From the NCBI GenBank assembly GCA_964016885.1, contig OZ024750.1, positions 21,018,001 through 21,082,000 of the forward strand: a DNA stretch of 64,000 bases. The letters run 5' to 3'. Origin of the DNA: Eledone cirrhosa. Taxonomy: Eukaryota. The notes beneath the pieces are model-generated. The model saw nothing but the letters and a program-made list of their open reading frames with translations. It had not been told where the DNA came from and ran no database searches. Position 1 is the first letter of the stretch. The number at the start of each line of letters is the position of its first letter. Positions 1 to 14,579 of the stretch are shown here, in pieces. The translations under genes and the position numbers were made by a program.

Positions 1-44
1 TATATATATGTGTGTATGTGTATATGTGTGTGTGTGGGTATATG

Positions 45-103
<59 letters not shown>

Positions 104-420
104 GTGTATGTATATATATATATATATATGTGTATGTATGTATGTGTATGTGGATGTGTATGTATGCGTATGTGTGTACACATGGACTAGAGTATGTATG
201 TATATATGTGTGTGTCTATACGTGTGTATATATAAAGATAAGTTGAGTATGAAAATGTATACACATGAGCGCGTATGTATGTACATGAATACATGTGTGT
301 ATATATATGTGTATGCATGTGTATATATATGTAAGTATGAATATGTGAATTGTGAGTATATGTATTTTGTAGAGGTGTGCAAATATATTTGTGTGAATGC
401 GTGGGTGAAAGAATACGTAC
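1..420. repeat. (TA)n/(TG)n compound microsatellite
   Basis: Direct reading; the overlapping YI/VC ORFs are repeat translations. Confidence 0.95.
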
Positions 421-449
421 ACTTGAAAGAAAAATTTAAGTCTGAATGT

Positions 450-955
450 TAAGTGCAAACACAAAACCAACCACGCATATCTTTACTATCTCTAATCCTT
501 CTATAGATTTAGAAAAATAACCAATAATATATTCCATAAAAAATGTCAAAACAACAGATGGGAATCTAATTACCCACTGCCACCAAGAATTCTCACTGCT
601 ATCGAAAAACCACTCCTTCAACTATTCTTCTAACAACTTCACCCCTCCCTCCTAATATTCTCTATAAAAACTAAATAGGTCCTCAGTAATATTATTCTGA
701 TGAAATGACAGTAAATAATAACATTGAAATATTGAATGTCTGCATAACTAAAAGTTTGTAGATAGCTGTTTTAGGTTATGTAACTGTTATAGAAACCCGT
801 GTCAATAAATTCCTTTCAACTAAACTGTATCCATTCAAATCTTTCTATTTTTCTCCGGATTACTTTTGGAACTACAACTGGAACCGTCGAGCAAACTCTA
901 CGTGAGCTGATAATCTACTGTGTGTAATATTTATATTACAACACAACGGAAAATA

Positions 956-960
<5 letters not shown>
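450..960 (+). mobile_element. Penelope-like 3' end/pseudo-LTR remnant (family A) ending in (TA)n
   Basis: Decayed C-terminus-like reading (LEK*PIIYS..NNRWE/LITHCHQ, compare [22 protein letters not shown] of the 36650 ORF), a C-rich tract, a hammerhead, and an end ACGGAAAATACTG(TA)n; partial copy at 11972-12078. Confidence 0.65.
692..808 (+). ncRNA. Type I hammerhead ribozyme with enlarged domain II
   Basis: TTATT-CTGATGA-ATGACAGT...ACTGTTAT-A-GAAAC-CCGT-GTC-AATAA; the copy near 12022 has a palindromic stem III ACACGTGT. Confidence 0.75.
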
Positions 961-1465
<505 letters not shown>

Positions 1466-3363
1466 AAGTGTGATTCGAAAGAGTGTTTTAGATCATTAGC
1501 GTAGGAAGAAATGAATCAGTTTATTATATCTGACAACAATAGATTTCTGCTATCTCATTAGTTTACTTCCTTTTTTCTGCCGAAGACAAATTAAGAATGT
1601 TCTCATATTTTGTTGTAAAACATTTAGAACTGATATAATAGTTAGTTTTCCTTTCAATTTCTGCGTGTATTTCATATTATGTTCTTTTTTTTTTACTCGT
1701 ACCAATTTTCCTGTTTCATTTTGTAAAATACTGAGAGAAACCTATTTATTATGTTATCGTTTAATATATTGTTGTCTGCCAACATTATAATACGACTTAT
1801 TTTCAAAGATGAATACACATTCTTCCATTATCTGTTTTGTTTTTCATCTTTCATTTCCAATTGTAGTATATGCAATATATTCTACAATTGAGTCACTACG
1901 TAATTACGAATTCAAAATATAAGAAATAGTAGTAATATATATGTTAAGTCTTTGTCAAGCCTATTTTTGAAATTCCGCGTAGAGAATGTGGCTTTTAATG
2001 ATTTGATTTTTCACTGATATTGTGTTGAATTTGTCGTTATATTTGATTAGCTACTGCTATGAGTAAGATGACGATTTTGAAGAATCTTCAGAGCGTTGGA
2101 TCAAAATTGACTTCAGTATTTGTTCGCTCTTACTACGCTCAGCGTTGAACGCCTACCGAGGTAATCTTTGCCTTTTATTGTTTCGATGTAGATTAATAAA
2201 GAACCAATCTACTACGTCAGTTATTCTTTGCTCTCTTGCCCACGCTCTCTTTCTGTCTGTGAAAGAATTAGGATCTGTTCCGACCTGGAGCCCTAAGATT
2301 CCATGAACAATTAGAAGATTTTTAATTACAGGTATGATAATCACTGTGATGTTTGTATGACATCATGTTTGTATGATTGATTTTAGAAAAGATCGTTAAC
2401 ATATGCCTCAATGTAGAGACGGAAACGAAATTATGTCATTAACTATAACGTGCATGAAAATGACATTCGTTTCTTACATAGGCACACAATCTTACGTTTA
2501 AGTTAAACGGGACAATTTGATTAACGTCCCCCAGTACTTAGCTAATACCCATTCTAATGATAACAAAATTGGGGAAAGTATAGTCTACTTCGTGAAATTT
2601 GAATGCGGATTATTTACCTTCTATCGGCGATCTAGCATTTTTGACAATACATGACAACATATTAATATGTAATAAAATTATGGGTTTATTTATAAAAATA
2701 AATGTATTGCTATACATTTAGAATTGCTGACTTCATGTTTTAGCATGTTACTCTCATTTTGAACGAGAAAGAGTTGGGATAAGAAGAGGGGGTGACGAAC
2801 CTTTTTTGCAATATTAGCAACTGCATTTTCATCTCAGGGCATGAATACTTAATTTGTGAACACAAATTAATAGCATAAATACTGCTATGTGTGCAATATG
2901 TTTCTCTTGTTTTAGTCTAAAATAACCACTACAAAATACATTCATTTGTAATTAAATTTCCAGTAGGTATTATAATACAAACAATACAATGTATTAATAA
3001 TATCAGTTAATAGAACATGTATCCTGCCTTGAATGTAAGTCGTGCTATAAACTTGGCAGATAATATTAATATAGCTATTATACAGTGGAATATAAAATAG
3101 GTTTCTAAAGAATTTTACAAATTTAAACAGGAAACTTGTAAGAAATAAATTCCAAAGAAAAGAAAATTGAATATAAACAGAACTTTAAAAGTAAAGACAC
3201 TATTGTTTCATTGATAGAAGGTTTACAATAAATACGAGATTTTTTATTTGTATTTGAGAGAAAGAAAGTCAGCAATCTAATGAGAAACGAAGAATCTATT
3301 GTTACCAACACATATAAACTGATTTATTTATCACTAACACTGTTGATAAAAATTGACGCATGT

Positions 3364-3440
<77 letters not shown>

Positions 3441-3773
3441 ATGTAGTTGACGGCTAAGAGAAAAGCGTACTTAATACTTAAGAAGAGTTTTAATATTCAT
3501 ATTATTTATTCTTTTTATTAAGGCTAAATAGTGATTCTTGTTACTATGGAGTTTAAAAGGAATATATATATACACATTGCTGACAATAAAAAAAAACACC
3601 TGTTGGGTTTCACTTCACTTTCGTATAATTTTTCAGTGGTTGTTTAGTTGCTGATTGTCAATGATTATGTAACAGCTAACAGAAATTCAGACAGTCGTAC
3701 TTACTAGTACGGCTCACATTTTGCGAGGAACCTTGTCAATCTAATTTTGGGAAAGGAAAAGGCGCATTATTTT

Positions 3774-3958
3774 GTGGATTGGCAGTATCGGTAGAGGGTC
3801 GGACGCCATGCTTTCCAGCATAGTTACGTCCCTTTACGATCTGAGTTCAAATCCCGCCGAGGTTGACTTTGCCTTTCATCCTTACGGGGTCGATAAAATA
3901 AAGTACCAGTAATGCACTGGGTAATTGCTGGCCTTGTGCCAAAAGTAGAAACAATTAT
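3774..3958 (+). mobile_element. tRNA-derived SINE (family S1)
   Basis: A-box-like TGGCAGTATCGG, B-box GAGTTCAAATCC, tail GTAGAAACAATTATT; several near-identical copies in the window. Confidence 0.9.
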
Positions 3959-4228
3959 TTTATATGCCACACTTCCATGGATCCAAGTTTGTATTTTATC
4001 CACTATATTTTGAATTCAATCCTGACTTTAAATGTGAATACGTTTATAAAAGATATATATAACTAGTTAATATTCTAATTGTCAACATTGTGTATAACCC
4101 TGTTGAACCTATGAATATATATCATGTGTGCTGGTGTATGTCCCTGTGCATGAGTGTATGTATACATGCTTTCTCAAACTCTCAACACAAATTCACTAAT
4201 CATCAGTGGCGCTGCCAATCCACCACGC

Positions 4229-4269
<41 letters not shown>

Positions 4270-7200
4270 CACCAATCCACATTCACCAATCCTCGATATG
4301 AGTGTTTAAATGTCGAACCTAAACAGTTCGAATAACGGTGAAGTGGAGACTGGAATGTCATGTGACAGACTCTCACCCAGCAGGTGCTCCCTGGCCCAGC
4401 AGCAGGGAGCTGGCTGCCATCCATCATCCAAATACTGGTGGTTTTGGAGGAAGAAGAAGAAGGAAAGGGACTAGAACCAACTGAACGAAAGAATTGAAAA
4501 GAACTGTTATGCAATGTTACCTGAAGAGTAACCCCAAGGAAAAAGGCAATAGGAAACGGATGCATAACATCTGGAACGAGATTGGTCTATTTAAATTAGA
4601 TGAACAATAATTGGCCGGGCAGGCTCGGGTAATAAGAACTAATGGGTGTATAAGCGAGATGGAACTGGAGGAACTGAGCAGAGAGATTAGGTTGCAAATG
4701 AAGAGTGGGGTATGACAGGCAAACGGGCCAGTCGGAAATGAAGGTGAAGAGGTTGAGAGAACGGAGGAAGCATCCGAAGCAGACAATGATCTGAATGCTG
4801 AAATAAATAATTGTTTCTACTTTAGGCACAAGGCCAGCAATAACCCAGTGCATTACTGGTACTTTATTCTATCGACCCCGTAAGGATGAAAGGCAAAGTC
4901 AACCTCGGCGGGATTTGAACTCAGATCGTAAAGGGACGTAACTATGCTGGAAAGCATGGCGTCCGACCCTCTACCAATACTGCCAATCCACCGCCCTTGC
5001 GTAATAAATAATACCTGGAACAAAGATACGGCAATTGAGGAAATGAATGCTGACGGGCTAGGACAAGATTTGGTTGATATCCTAAACTTAGTGGTAGATG
5101 AAATGAACAATAATATTGGGAAACCTATGAACCTAAGATTTGTAGACAGGAAAAAGTTAAAAGAAACAACGGCTAGGGTAAACAAAGTCATCCCACACCT
5201 TGAGACGAGGAGTCTTCACCAGTGCAACACTATCCTCAAAGCAACAGCAAATGCGGTGAGGACATTATTTGGCATAAAAGCGAGAGGAAACAACAAACAA
5301 GAAATATCTTTGGTGGAAGAAACGACTGAATGGTCAAATCAGGGAAATGAGAAATGACATTGGAAATCTTGAGTCCCTACTGAATGGGACACTAAAAAAC
5401 ATAGACACTAAATATAGACTGGAAATAAAGTACAAAACTGGGAGGAAAAAGCTAAATATTATCATAGACGAACTGAAGCAACGCATTGTAACAAAGAGTG
5501 CAAAGATTAGGCGATACGAGAGCAGAGTCAGTCAGTATAGACAGAACCGCATGTTTGACAACAACCAGAAGATGTTGTTTGGAGAGCTTGAAGGGAAAGA
5601 AAGAGGCAACGACTTGATTCCTGAGGCGGAACAAACTAAGACATTATGCAGAGGAATATGGGAGCAGGATGTTAAACATAATGATCAGGCAGTGTGGATT
5701 GAGACAGTACAAAAGGAGATTAGTGAACAGGCACACCAACAAATTGATTTGAGTATCACAGTTGAAATTCTTAAGGTACAGGCCAAAAAGTTACCCAACT
5801 GGAAATCAACAGGTCCAGATGGTGTGCAGGGGTATTGGATTAAAAATATAACATCCCTCCACCCGAAACTGACAACCATGTTCAATGACTGCTTGATGTC
5901 AGGTGAGGTACCAGAGTAGTTGACAAAATGTACCACAGTTCGGGTAATTAAAGACTGAATCAAGGGTGATGATGTTACCAACTATAGACCTATCACATGT
6001 CTGTCCGTAATGTGGAAACAAGCATCGTGTCTGAGTAACTCTATCATCACCTCCACATAAACAACATGTTACCGGACGAACAGAAATGGTGCCGAAAGAA
6101 GTCCCGTGGTACAAAGGACCAGTTATTTATTGATAAGATGGTAATGAGGAATTGCAAGAGGAGACACACTGGTCTTGCTATGGGATCGATAGACTACAAA
6201 AAGGCATTCGACATGGTACCTCATTCTTCGATCACCAAAAGCCTAGAGATCTTCAAGGTGGCAGATAACATCAGACAGTTGTTGAGCAAAAGTATGAAGT
6301 CCTGGAAAACAGAGTTAACATCGGCTAGAGAATCCGTGGGAGGCGTGAAGATCAAGAGAGGTATCTTCCAGGGAGATGGCCTGTCTCCTCTGTTGTATGT
6401 CCTTGCCCTGAAACCCCTGACCATTATACTGCGAAAAGTGAGAGCAGGATTCAAGTTGGGAAAGAGAGAGCTTACCATCAATCACCTCCGCTTCATGGAC
6501 GATCTTAAGCTATTCGGGATGGGGGAGAAGGAGTTGGATATGCTTGTTGACACTGTCCGTATTTTCAGCAATGATATATGTACGCAATTTGGTATTAGTA
6601 AGTGGGGAGTCCGTGTGATGAAGATGGGAAAGTTGAGCAGAAGCAACGGAATCCAGGTACCAAAAGGTGAGATGATAAAGGAAATTGACACTGAAGAAGG
6701 ATACAAATATTTAGGTGTTCTGGAGGCTGATGACATCAACAACAACAAAATGAAGGAATTAATAAGATCTGAATACATTCGGAGAGTAAGGAGCGTATTA
6801 AAATCACATTTGAACAGTATGAATGCCAAAAGTGCAGTAAATTCCCGAGCTGTGTCTATTATTAGGTACAGTGCGGGAAGTCTGTGATAGAATGTTGCTG
6901 AACAAAAAGAAATGGACTGGAAGACTAGTAAGCTATTAACTATCTACAACATGTTCCACAAGAGGAGTGATGTCGATAGACTCTACTTAAGGAGATCTGA
7001 AGATGGAAGAGGTCTTATCAGCATAGAAGACTGTTTTCAGATGGAGAAAAACAACCTATACAAATACGTGACTGATAGTAGGGAACCAATGCTCACAATT
7101 GTACTGAAGGAGAGGGCAATAGACCAGAGGATGTCCAAGGAGGAAATAACAAGGAGAAAGAGCAACCTTCATGAAAAATCCCTTCATAGTACCTTCTTTG

Positions 7201-7910
7201 AGAAAACTGAATTCAGACATCCACAGACATGGAACTGGTTGAAAAGAAGAGACCTTAAAAAGGCTACAGAAGGAATGCTAATGACTGCGGAAAAGCAGGC
7301 TCTCAAAACGAAGTGGGTGAAACACCATATTTACAAGGAGGAGGCTAGACCACTGTGTAGGATCTGTGGAGAGAGAGAGAGGAGACTGTGGCTCACATTG
7401 TATCCGAGTGTAAACACCTAGCCCAGACTCACTAAAAGGCTGGATACATGATGTGATGGGCAGGGTGATCCACTGGCACCTATGCAAAGTAAACAATTTA
7501 CCACATTCTGAGAAGTGGTATGAGCATAAGCCAGAGTCGGTGATAGAAAACGATCAGGTGAAGGTACGGTGGGATTTTAGGATACAGACGGACAAGAAAC
7601 TGGAACACAATAGACATGATCTGGTGGTCTTGGACAAGGAAAAAAGATCGTGCCTGATTGTGGATGTAGCCCGCCCATTCGACACAGGAGTGCAAGAGAA
7701 GGAGAGGGGGGAATTAACCGATACCAGGACTTAAAGTGGGAGGTAAAAAGGATTTGGAACTGCCATGAAGTCAAAGTGGTCCCGATTGTCATAGGCGCAC
7801 TAGGTACTATCTCAAAGTGTTTCCAAGGATGGTTAAAGAAAATTGCTCCCGCCCCGCTTTTTGGAACACTTCAAAAGGTATGCTTGCTGGAATCAACAAG
7901 AACCCTCCGT
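4270..7910 (+). mobile_element. R4/Dong-type RLE non-LTR retrotransposon, near full length, with frameshifts and stops
   Basis: Starts after (AAT)n; RT motifs [42 protein letters not shown]; CRICGE zinc knuckle; RLE segment (NRHDLVV..IVDVARPFD); 3' end replaced by (GAA)n. Confidence 0.9.
4812..4998 (-). mobile_element. SINE S1 nested in the R4/Dong element
   Basis: Reverse complement of the 3774 copy; probable TSD AATAAATAAT (4802-4811 and 5003-5012). Confidence 0.9.
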
Positions 7911-8021
7911 AGAAGAAGAAGAAGAAGAAGAAGAAGAAGAAGAAGAAGAAGAAGAAGAACAAGAGTAGCAGCAACGACAACGACGAGAACAACAACAACA
8001 ACAACAAGGAGGAGGAGAAAG

Positions 8022-8580
8022 TGTGTATTTAGAGAGCAAATAAATGGTATGAAAATGCCTTAAAGAGGGTCATTGATGGGGAAGAGGTTAAAATATTGTA
8101 GGATGTTATGAGAAAATCTGACATTATGATTGAAGCAGAGAAGCCAGACATAATAATTGTCAAGAAGAAAAACTAAGCGTTGTATTATAAAAGTTATTGC
8201 AGTTCCTGTTGACAACAGAGTGGATGAAAAAGACGGGGAGAAGATAAACAATAATGGGGAACTTAAAGCGGAAGTTGCCACATTATATCAAAGTAAAAAA
8301 AAATAGAAATAGTGCCTGTTGGAGCCCTTGGAACGGTGTCAAGGAAATCAGCGGATTGGCTTGGGAAGAACGGAATTGAAATAAAAATGTACACAGTATA
8401 TGAGACAGCCTTGTTACAAAAAAGCAAAGATATTTGAGAAAAGTCTTAGACTTAAATCTGAAGGATGATTTGGAATATCTGGTCATTTGTTATTACTCGA
8501 TTCCAAAGCTTAAACTCGGTTGAAGATCTGCCAGCGTTCAGGAGTTAATAACAACAACAACAACAAAAATAATAATAATT
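8022..8580 (+). mobile_element. Older R4/Dong 3' fragment (RLE domain, 3' UTR, (AAC/AAT)n tail)
   Basis: Decayed reading KWYEN..VKIL*DV..EKPDIIIV..IAVPVDNRV, paralleling the RLE region of the 4270 element. Confidence 0.75.
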
Positions 8581-9007
8581 CTATGGAAGTTCCATATTCA
8601 TTATAAGAAATACATGGCTTCTGTTGGCTTGCTGATTGATCTTGATGTATTATTTTAACGTATAAGTAGGCGTCATTTGGATATCTCTCTGGCTATTTCT
8701 CATCCATATCATTTATATTATATCACCTACTGAATACACACTATTCTTTATATTAGATTGTTTATATTTTCATATATATATTCCGTTTCCTTCACGTTTT
8801 ACTCAATAAGTATATTTTCCGGTATATTTTTTGGCATATATTTTTTCGTAAATTTCATTTTGTCTTTTTGTGTTTTCCATCATAGCATTTATTTTTACCA
8901 ATCTAGAAACTTCTAAGCGGTAATGATATTATATGTATAAATTTGTGTATCTGTTTGTGTGTTTACTTTGCCAGTTCCATACACGCACACGCACCCATAC
9001 AGACATG

Positions 9008-9078
<71 letters not shown>

Positions 9079-9080
<2 letters not shown>

Positions 9081-9261
9081 CGTTAACTTCATAGAAGTGT
9101 ATTGTTTGCACTGTTGTTTTCGTTTAGTTATTGCATAGTTACATAATGTGTGTATGTGTGCGTGTCTGTGTGTGTATGTGTTTAAATAAGTAAATATGCA
9201 ACTATGCAATAACTAAAAGAAAACAACAGAGCAAACAATACACTTCTATGAAGTTAACGCT
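9079..9261. repeat. Inverted repeat (arms 9079-9144 and 9196-9261) between (TA)n arrays
   Basis: AGCGTTAACTTCATAGAAGTG.../...CACTTCTATGAAGTTAACGCT with few mismatches. Confidence 0.9.
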
Positions 9262-10098
9262 ATATATATATATACATTTTCTTTTAATTATTTCAACACC
9301 AAGAAAGGGATGAGCCATGTTAAAATAAGTTAACAGAGTTACGATCTAATTGAATGTACATGATTCGATTTTAGTTGAATATATATTGTCTCTACTGATT
9401 CCTGATGTAATATAATATAAGAAATATAAGATTCCTGGATCTTAAATTTCATTACATCTGAAGCTGAAAGAAAAAAAATTAAATATAATTATATTCATGT
9501 ATATATGAATTTGTTTGTACGTATTTAATGAATCTCTGCCTGAATGTATAATGTGTTTATGTAAGTATGTTTAGTAAAATATATTTTATGTATGTTTAGT
9601 AAAGTATTCATTTATGCTTATTTGCATTAATATGGCATACGTATGTTTTTGAATATGAGTTTGTGTAGCCTATCTATGTGTTTAAGTGAAATTTGGTCGT
9701 ACGTCGGAATGGATGATTATACCGGCTTCAAATTTAGGTGAAGGATATTTGGCTGGTGAAGCCAATCCAGGTTCTAAAACCACTTTCAAGCATGTAGCAG
9801 GTACATGTGGATAAATGCTGCGGTGTAGTTGGATGCTACTCGTGACCTGTGTATGTAGTATCGCCTCTCACCCACAGTAATGCGTTTGCTGCCTATGCTC
9901 CCTTATAGATTTTGCTTCACCAGGCAGAGTGATCAAAGGCAAATGATTCCCAGCAACTGTGATAGTTGTTGAGCCATTTAACCCTTTAGCATTTAAACTG
10001 ACCATATCCGGTCAGAATTATATCACCTCTTTCTGCTCAAACTGGCTGTATCTGGCCACTCATACTGATGTTAAGGTATGATTCTCAAAACAAATAAT

Positions 10099-10284
10099 TG
10101 TTTCTACATTTGGCACAAGGCCAGCAAATACCCAGTACATTACTGGTACTTTATTTTATCGACCCCGTAAGGATGAAAGGCAAAGTTAACCTCGGCGGGA
10201 TTTGAACTCAGATCCTAAAGGGACGTAACTCTGCTGGAAAGCATGGCGTCCGACCCTCTACCGATACTGCCAATCCACCGCCCT
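10099..10284 (-). mobile_element. SINE S1 with 17-bp TSD
   Basis: TTCTCAAAACAAATAAT at 10082-10098 and 10285-10301. Confidence 0.92.
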
Positions 10285-11073
10285 TTCTCAAAACAAATAA
10301 TATTACAATCTCATAGATTCGATATCATGTGAGACACTTATGTAAGGTAAAGTCTTTACTGTGAAAATATAATAGTAAATATAGAATAATGTAAATGCTA
10401 AAGGGATAATGGCACATTTAGAGACTGTTTCTGAAACGATTCTTTTGTCTAAGGCCAGAGCACTGGCATCAACTTTTCATAGCTGTTTCTGTAGGCTGCT
10501 GTTGGGCATCTTACTTATTTTGTACTTTCAATATAAAGGATATGTTAGACAGCATTCCTTAAGAATCATATATCTGAATCGATAAATATATACTTGGTGT
10601 GTTGAACTGTTTCTCAAATGTTCTTAGCTGTGACGTGTCCCATTTACATATGCTTTTGTTTAGCCTGTTTCTGTTGTATACAATTGAAAATCACATCTTT
10701 CTTATTGGAACGATATATTTGTTTTAAAAGTACACAATCATTACCAGGAAATGGATAAAGCGATTCCCGTAATATTGATTATACCATGGCTACCGATTCC
10801 GTTCATTTAAACCAAAGAGTATCTCGAACCTTTCGTTTATTAAAATCCTTCCCTCTGATAAATCCTCTTATGACTGTGAGTCATAAACGTAGTTGCATCA
10901 ATTAATTCCTAACTACTTATATATTCTAATCCTTTGGAAGCTGGTCATTATTGCCACTAACAAGAGATCTTAGGGAAGAAGAAGAATGTATCATTATCAC
11001 AGCAAATCTAACTTAAGACTTCTTATTCTTCTTCTTCTTCTTCTTCTTTATTAGTATCATTATTATTATTATT

Positions 11074-11280
11074 CGGTAGAGGGTCGGACGCCATGCTTTG
11101 CAGCACAGAGTTATGGCGCTTTATGATCTGAGTTCAAATCCCGCCGGGGTTAAATTTGCCTTTCATCCTTACGGAGTCGATAAAATAAAATTACCAGTCA
11201 CGCACTGGGGTCGATTTAATCGACTTTACCCTCCCCCAAATTTGCTGGCCTTGTGCTTATATAAGAAACCATTATTATTA
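11074..11280 (+). mobile_element. SINE S1 variant with an extra internal segment and (TTA)n tail
   Basis: Same body plus GGGGTCGATTTAATCGACTTTACCCTCCCCCAAATTT. Confidence 0.85.
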
Positions 11281-11305
11281 TTGTTATTATTATTATTATT
11301 ATTAT

Positions 11306-11348
<43 letters not shown>

Positions 11349-11932
11349 TATCCTTGGATTTTTGCTACATTTACATACAGCTGGATCAGCGAGCTTAGGG
11401 ATGTTATCCAACCAGCATGTTCGTGGTCACCTGTCTGTTGCTTTTTGCACGTCAAACCAATCCTGTGAAATAATATTTAGTTGGCGTTGCCCGTAAAATT
11501 CTATCCATTAATGTTTAGTCACCTTTAATCTCAGGTAAATAGACTGAGTGGAACAATTCGTCAACGGCCAATGATTTGATTATCTGAATGTGTCCGAATA
11601 TTTCGTGTTGTAAAATTAATATTCATTTAAATTGCATTTGGTATGGATATTAGCACCTTACCTCTTAGACTATGAATGTTACGCTTTATTAGTCTACGAA
11701 GCAGCGCGTACCTTGTATTAAGAGAGAGTTGACTGTGAAGTAGCCACGTAAATTCTTAATTCTAAGGTAGGTTGGGCCTGAGAAAATTAGTGAGAGGACT
11801 ATCTTTTTTTATTTATTACTGTCACTGTATCTCTGCACAGATTCGAACTCAACCGTACGAAATCATGAGCAGAACACTCTAAGCATTAAAGCTTGTGCCT
11901 TCACCCCACAAAAACACAAACGCACACACGTG

Positions 11933-11971
<39 letters not shown>

Positions 11972-11976
<5 letters not shown>

Positions 11977-12078
11977 TATTTTCCGTAGATAGCAGCTGTT
12001 TTAGGTTATGTAACTGTTATAGAAACACGTGTCAATAAATTCCTTTCAACTAAACTGTATCCATTCAAATCTTTCTAT
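11972..12078 (+). mobile_element. Family A fragment with an inverted terminal piece, in (TA)n
   Basis: TACAGTATTTTCCGT is the reverse complement of 946-960, followed by a direct copy of ~763-847. Confidence 0.85.
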
Positions 12079-12870
12079 ATATATATATATATATATATAT
12101 TTTTTTAAAGATTTAAACAAGGTTCAATGAATACATAAAAGAATGAGTTTTACACACTTACATGTGTGTGTATATATATATATATGTGTGTGTATATATG
12201 TATGTATATAGGTATATATATGTATGTGTATATATATATGTATATGTGTGTGTGTGTATGTATTTATTTAAATGTATGTATGCGTATGTGTAATTGTGTG
12301 TATTGCTTACCACGCGTGTTTGTTCATTTATTTGTGTCTTTTCCTGTATCGCTGTCAACTATATAGTAATTTTTACATTTACTTTTATTTTCATGTTATG
12401 GTTTATATGGCCGTCTATTGTTTTTTATTTTTATTATTATATTTTTTCTTATAATTAAATGTGTGTGTGCGTATGTAGGTGTGGGTACATATATCTATAT
12501 TTGCGTGTGCGTATGTATGCGTGTATATATGTGTGTATGTATATGTGTGTATGTGCGTGTGTATATATGTATGATTATGTGTGTGTTTATCTCTCTCTAT
12601 ATATATATGTATATATATATATACATGTGTGTGCGCGTGTTTGTGTATGTGTGTGTATGTGTATGTGGATATATATGTCTGTATGTATGTATATGTATAT
12701 GTATGTGTATTTGCACGTGTATATATATATGTGTATGTATGTATATGTGTGTGCGTGTGTTTGTGTGTGTGTGTGCATGTGTGTTTATCTACTTTTATAC
12801 TTTTTATTTTTCCTTTCCTTCTTCCTTTTCCAGCCTCACTTTCATATAGATTATATTTTTGTTTTTATAA

Positions 12871-12926
12871 TCTACTGATGATTGAAAGCAAATTTTGTTT
12901 GCTTTTAAGAAACCACTGGTAAATGA
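12871..12926 (+). ncRNA. Hammerhead core with decayed stem I (family K)
   Basis: CTGATGA-TTGAAAGCAAA..TTTGCTTTTAA-GAAAC-CACTG-GTA. Confidence 0.6.
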
Positions 12927-12963
12927 AATAATTATCTTATGCTGTTTATTATATATCTTGACG

Positions 12964-13052
12964 TTGCCTTTCATCCTTACGGGGTCGATAAAATAAAGTA
13001 CCAGTAATGCACTGGATAATTGCTGGCCTTGTGCCTAAAGTAGAAACAATTA
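12964..13052 (+). mobile_element. 5'-truncated SINE S1
   Basis: Matches the 3' half of S1. Confidence 0.88.
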
Positions 13053-13189
13053 TATAACTATATATATGTGTATATATATAATGTATATATATATACAGAC
13101 ACACACACATATATATATATATATTTATATATATATATATTTATATATATATATATTTATATATATATATATTTATATATATATATATT

Positions 13190-13220
<31 letters not shown>

Positions 13221-14394
13221 ATAATTAAGCGCGTACATAGGCGCACGCAAACTACCACAGACATGCACAGTATCTATGCTACCAGTAACAAGCCCTGCAG
13301 GCGGTGTTCCTGCTGGTAGATATAATAACATTACTTCTTGGAAGTAATTCCTGATTGTTTAAAAAATATATTGAAAAGCAAAATAGAAGTAAATACAGTT
13401 TCTCCCCTTTAAACAACCTTAAGCGCATTATATTACTCACTGAATGAATACGTGAGTAATATAAGGCGTCGGTGTTGTATGAGTTTTGTCACCTGCGTCA
13501 TTCTAGGATTACAGTTGAAAGACGTGTTATTGTTGTTTTTGCTATCATAATACTTTTTCCAAGGTGGTGGGATTAAATCTCATTTACCGTTTGCGCTTTC
13601 CACTGGCATATTTTGCAGCATAGTATTTCTTTCACAGCTGCATCAATATCTATAGGAATTAAGGTCAATAAGCAACATCCTGGCTTTAAGCTATATCTTG
13701 GAAGTGACAGTCTTAATTGGTGCACATTCAGGAACCTCATTTACTATCTCTACTACTAAATCGGCGGAAACTTGTTTAGATGAAGCAAAGCTGCTTCTTG
13801 TCACATTTTCAGACTGAACTGGGAATGTTTTCTCCAATCATTCGATGTAACATTTAAACTAGGTCATAATTCGGCTGTAAATTCCGGAAAACAACTTTCT
13901 ATTTACGTTACTGATTTCGAAATAGGGTTTAGAAATACGATTGACGGCTTGGACATTAGATGTGAGATTGTTTGACAAATGAATGCTAAGCTCACAACGG
14001 CGATTCATTAAGGCGTCTATTTCTGTTTGAAACCTGTTTAAGCGTAAACTTGTGAACACATTTACGACATTGCGTTTGTTTTAAAATATATCTAATACCA
14101 CAATGTGTTCATTCATGAATAAATACACTGCATCAATCTTTTACTTGTGTTTAATAAGATTTCTTGATTTTGTTTTCTTTTGCATGTAAAAGTAGCGCGA
14201 TTTTGTAGCTTGATAAATTGCTAGTAATTTCATAGTAAACTACAAAATAGTTAGACATTTTTGTAGTTTACTTTTTTATGAAAGTAAATGTGAGAAACAT
14301 AGGTGAGCATACAATTTTAACAGTTTTCAACAAGGAATATTATCATTGTTATTATCATCACTATTATTATTATTATTATCATTATTATTATTAT

Positions 14395-14530
14395 TGTTCT
14401 TTGAGTCTCAGTCATTGATGTTATTTAACTGGAAAGTTTGTTGAAATGAATATCAAGCCGCTAACTGCAGCCTCAGATATTCAGGACGTATCGGAGGGTT
14501 TCTGCTGTTCCCAGCAAGCATGCCGTTTGA

Positions 14531-14579
<49 letters not shown>

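Noticed and set aside
2059-2331. Exon-like, slightly GC-richer segment with GAG|GTAAT
   Set aside because: Frames hit stops and no recognisable protein; cannot be called without transcripts
5452-7792. Minus-strand ORFs over the R4/Dong element, and similar ones over 14771-17130 and the PLE ORFs
   Set aside because: Antisense shadows of retroelement coding sequence
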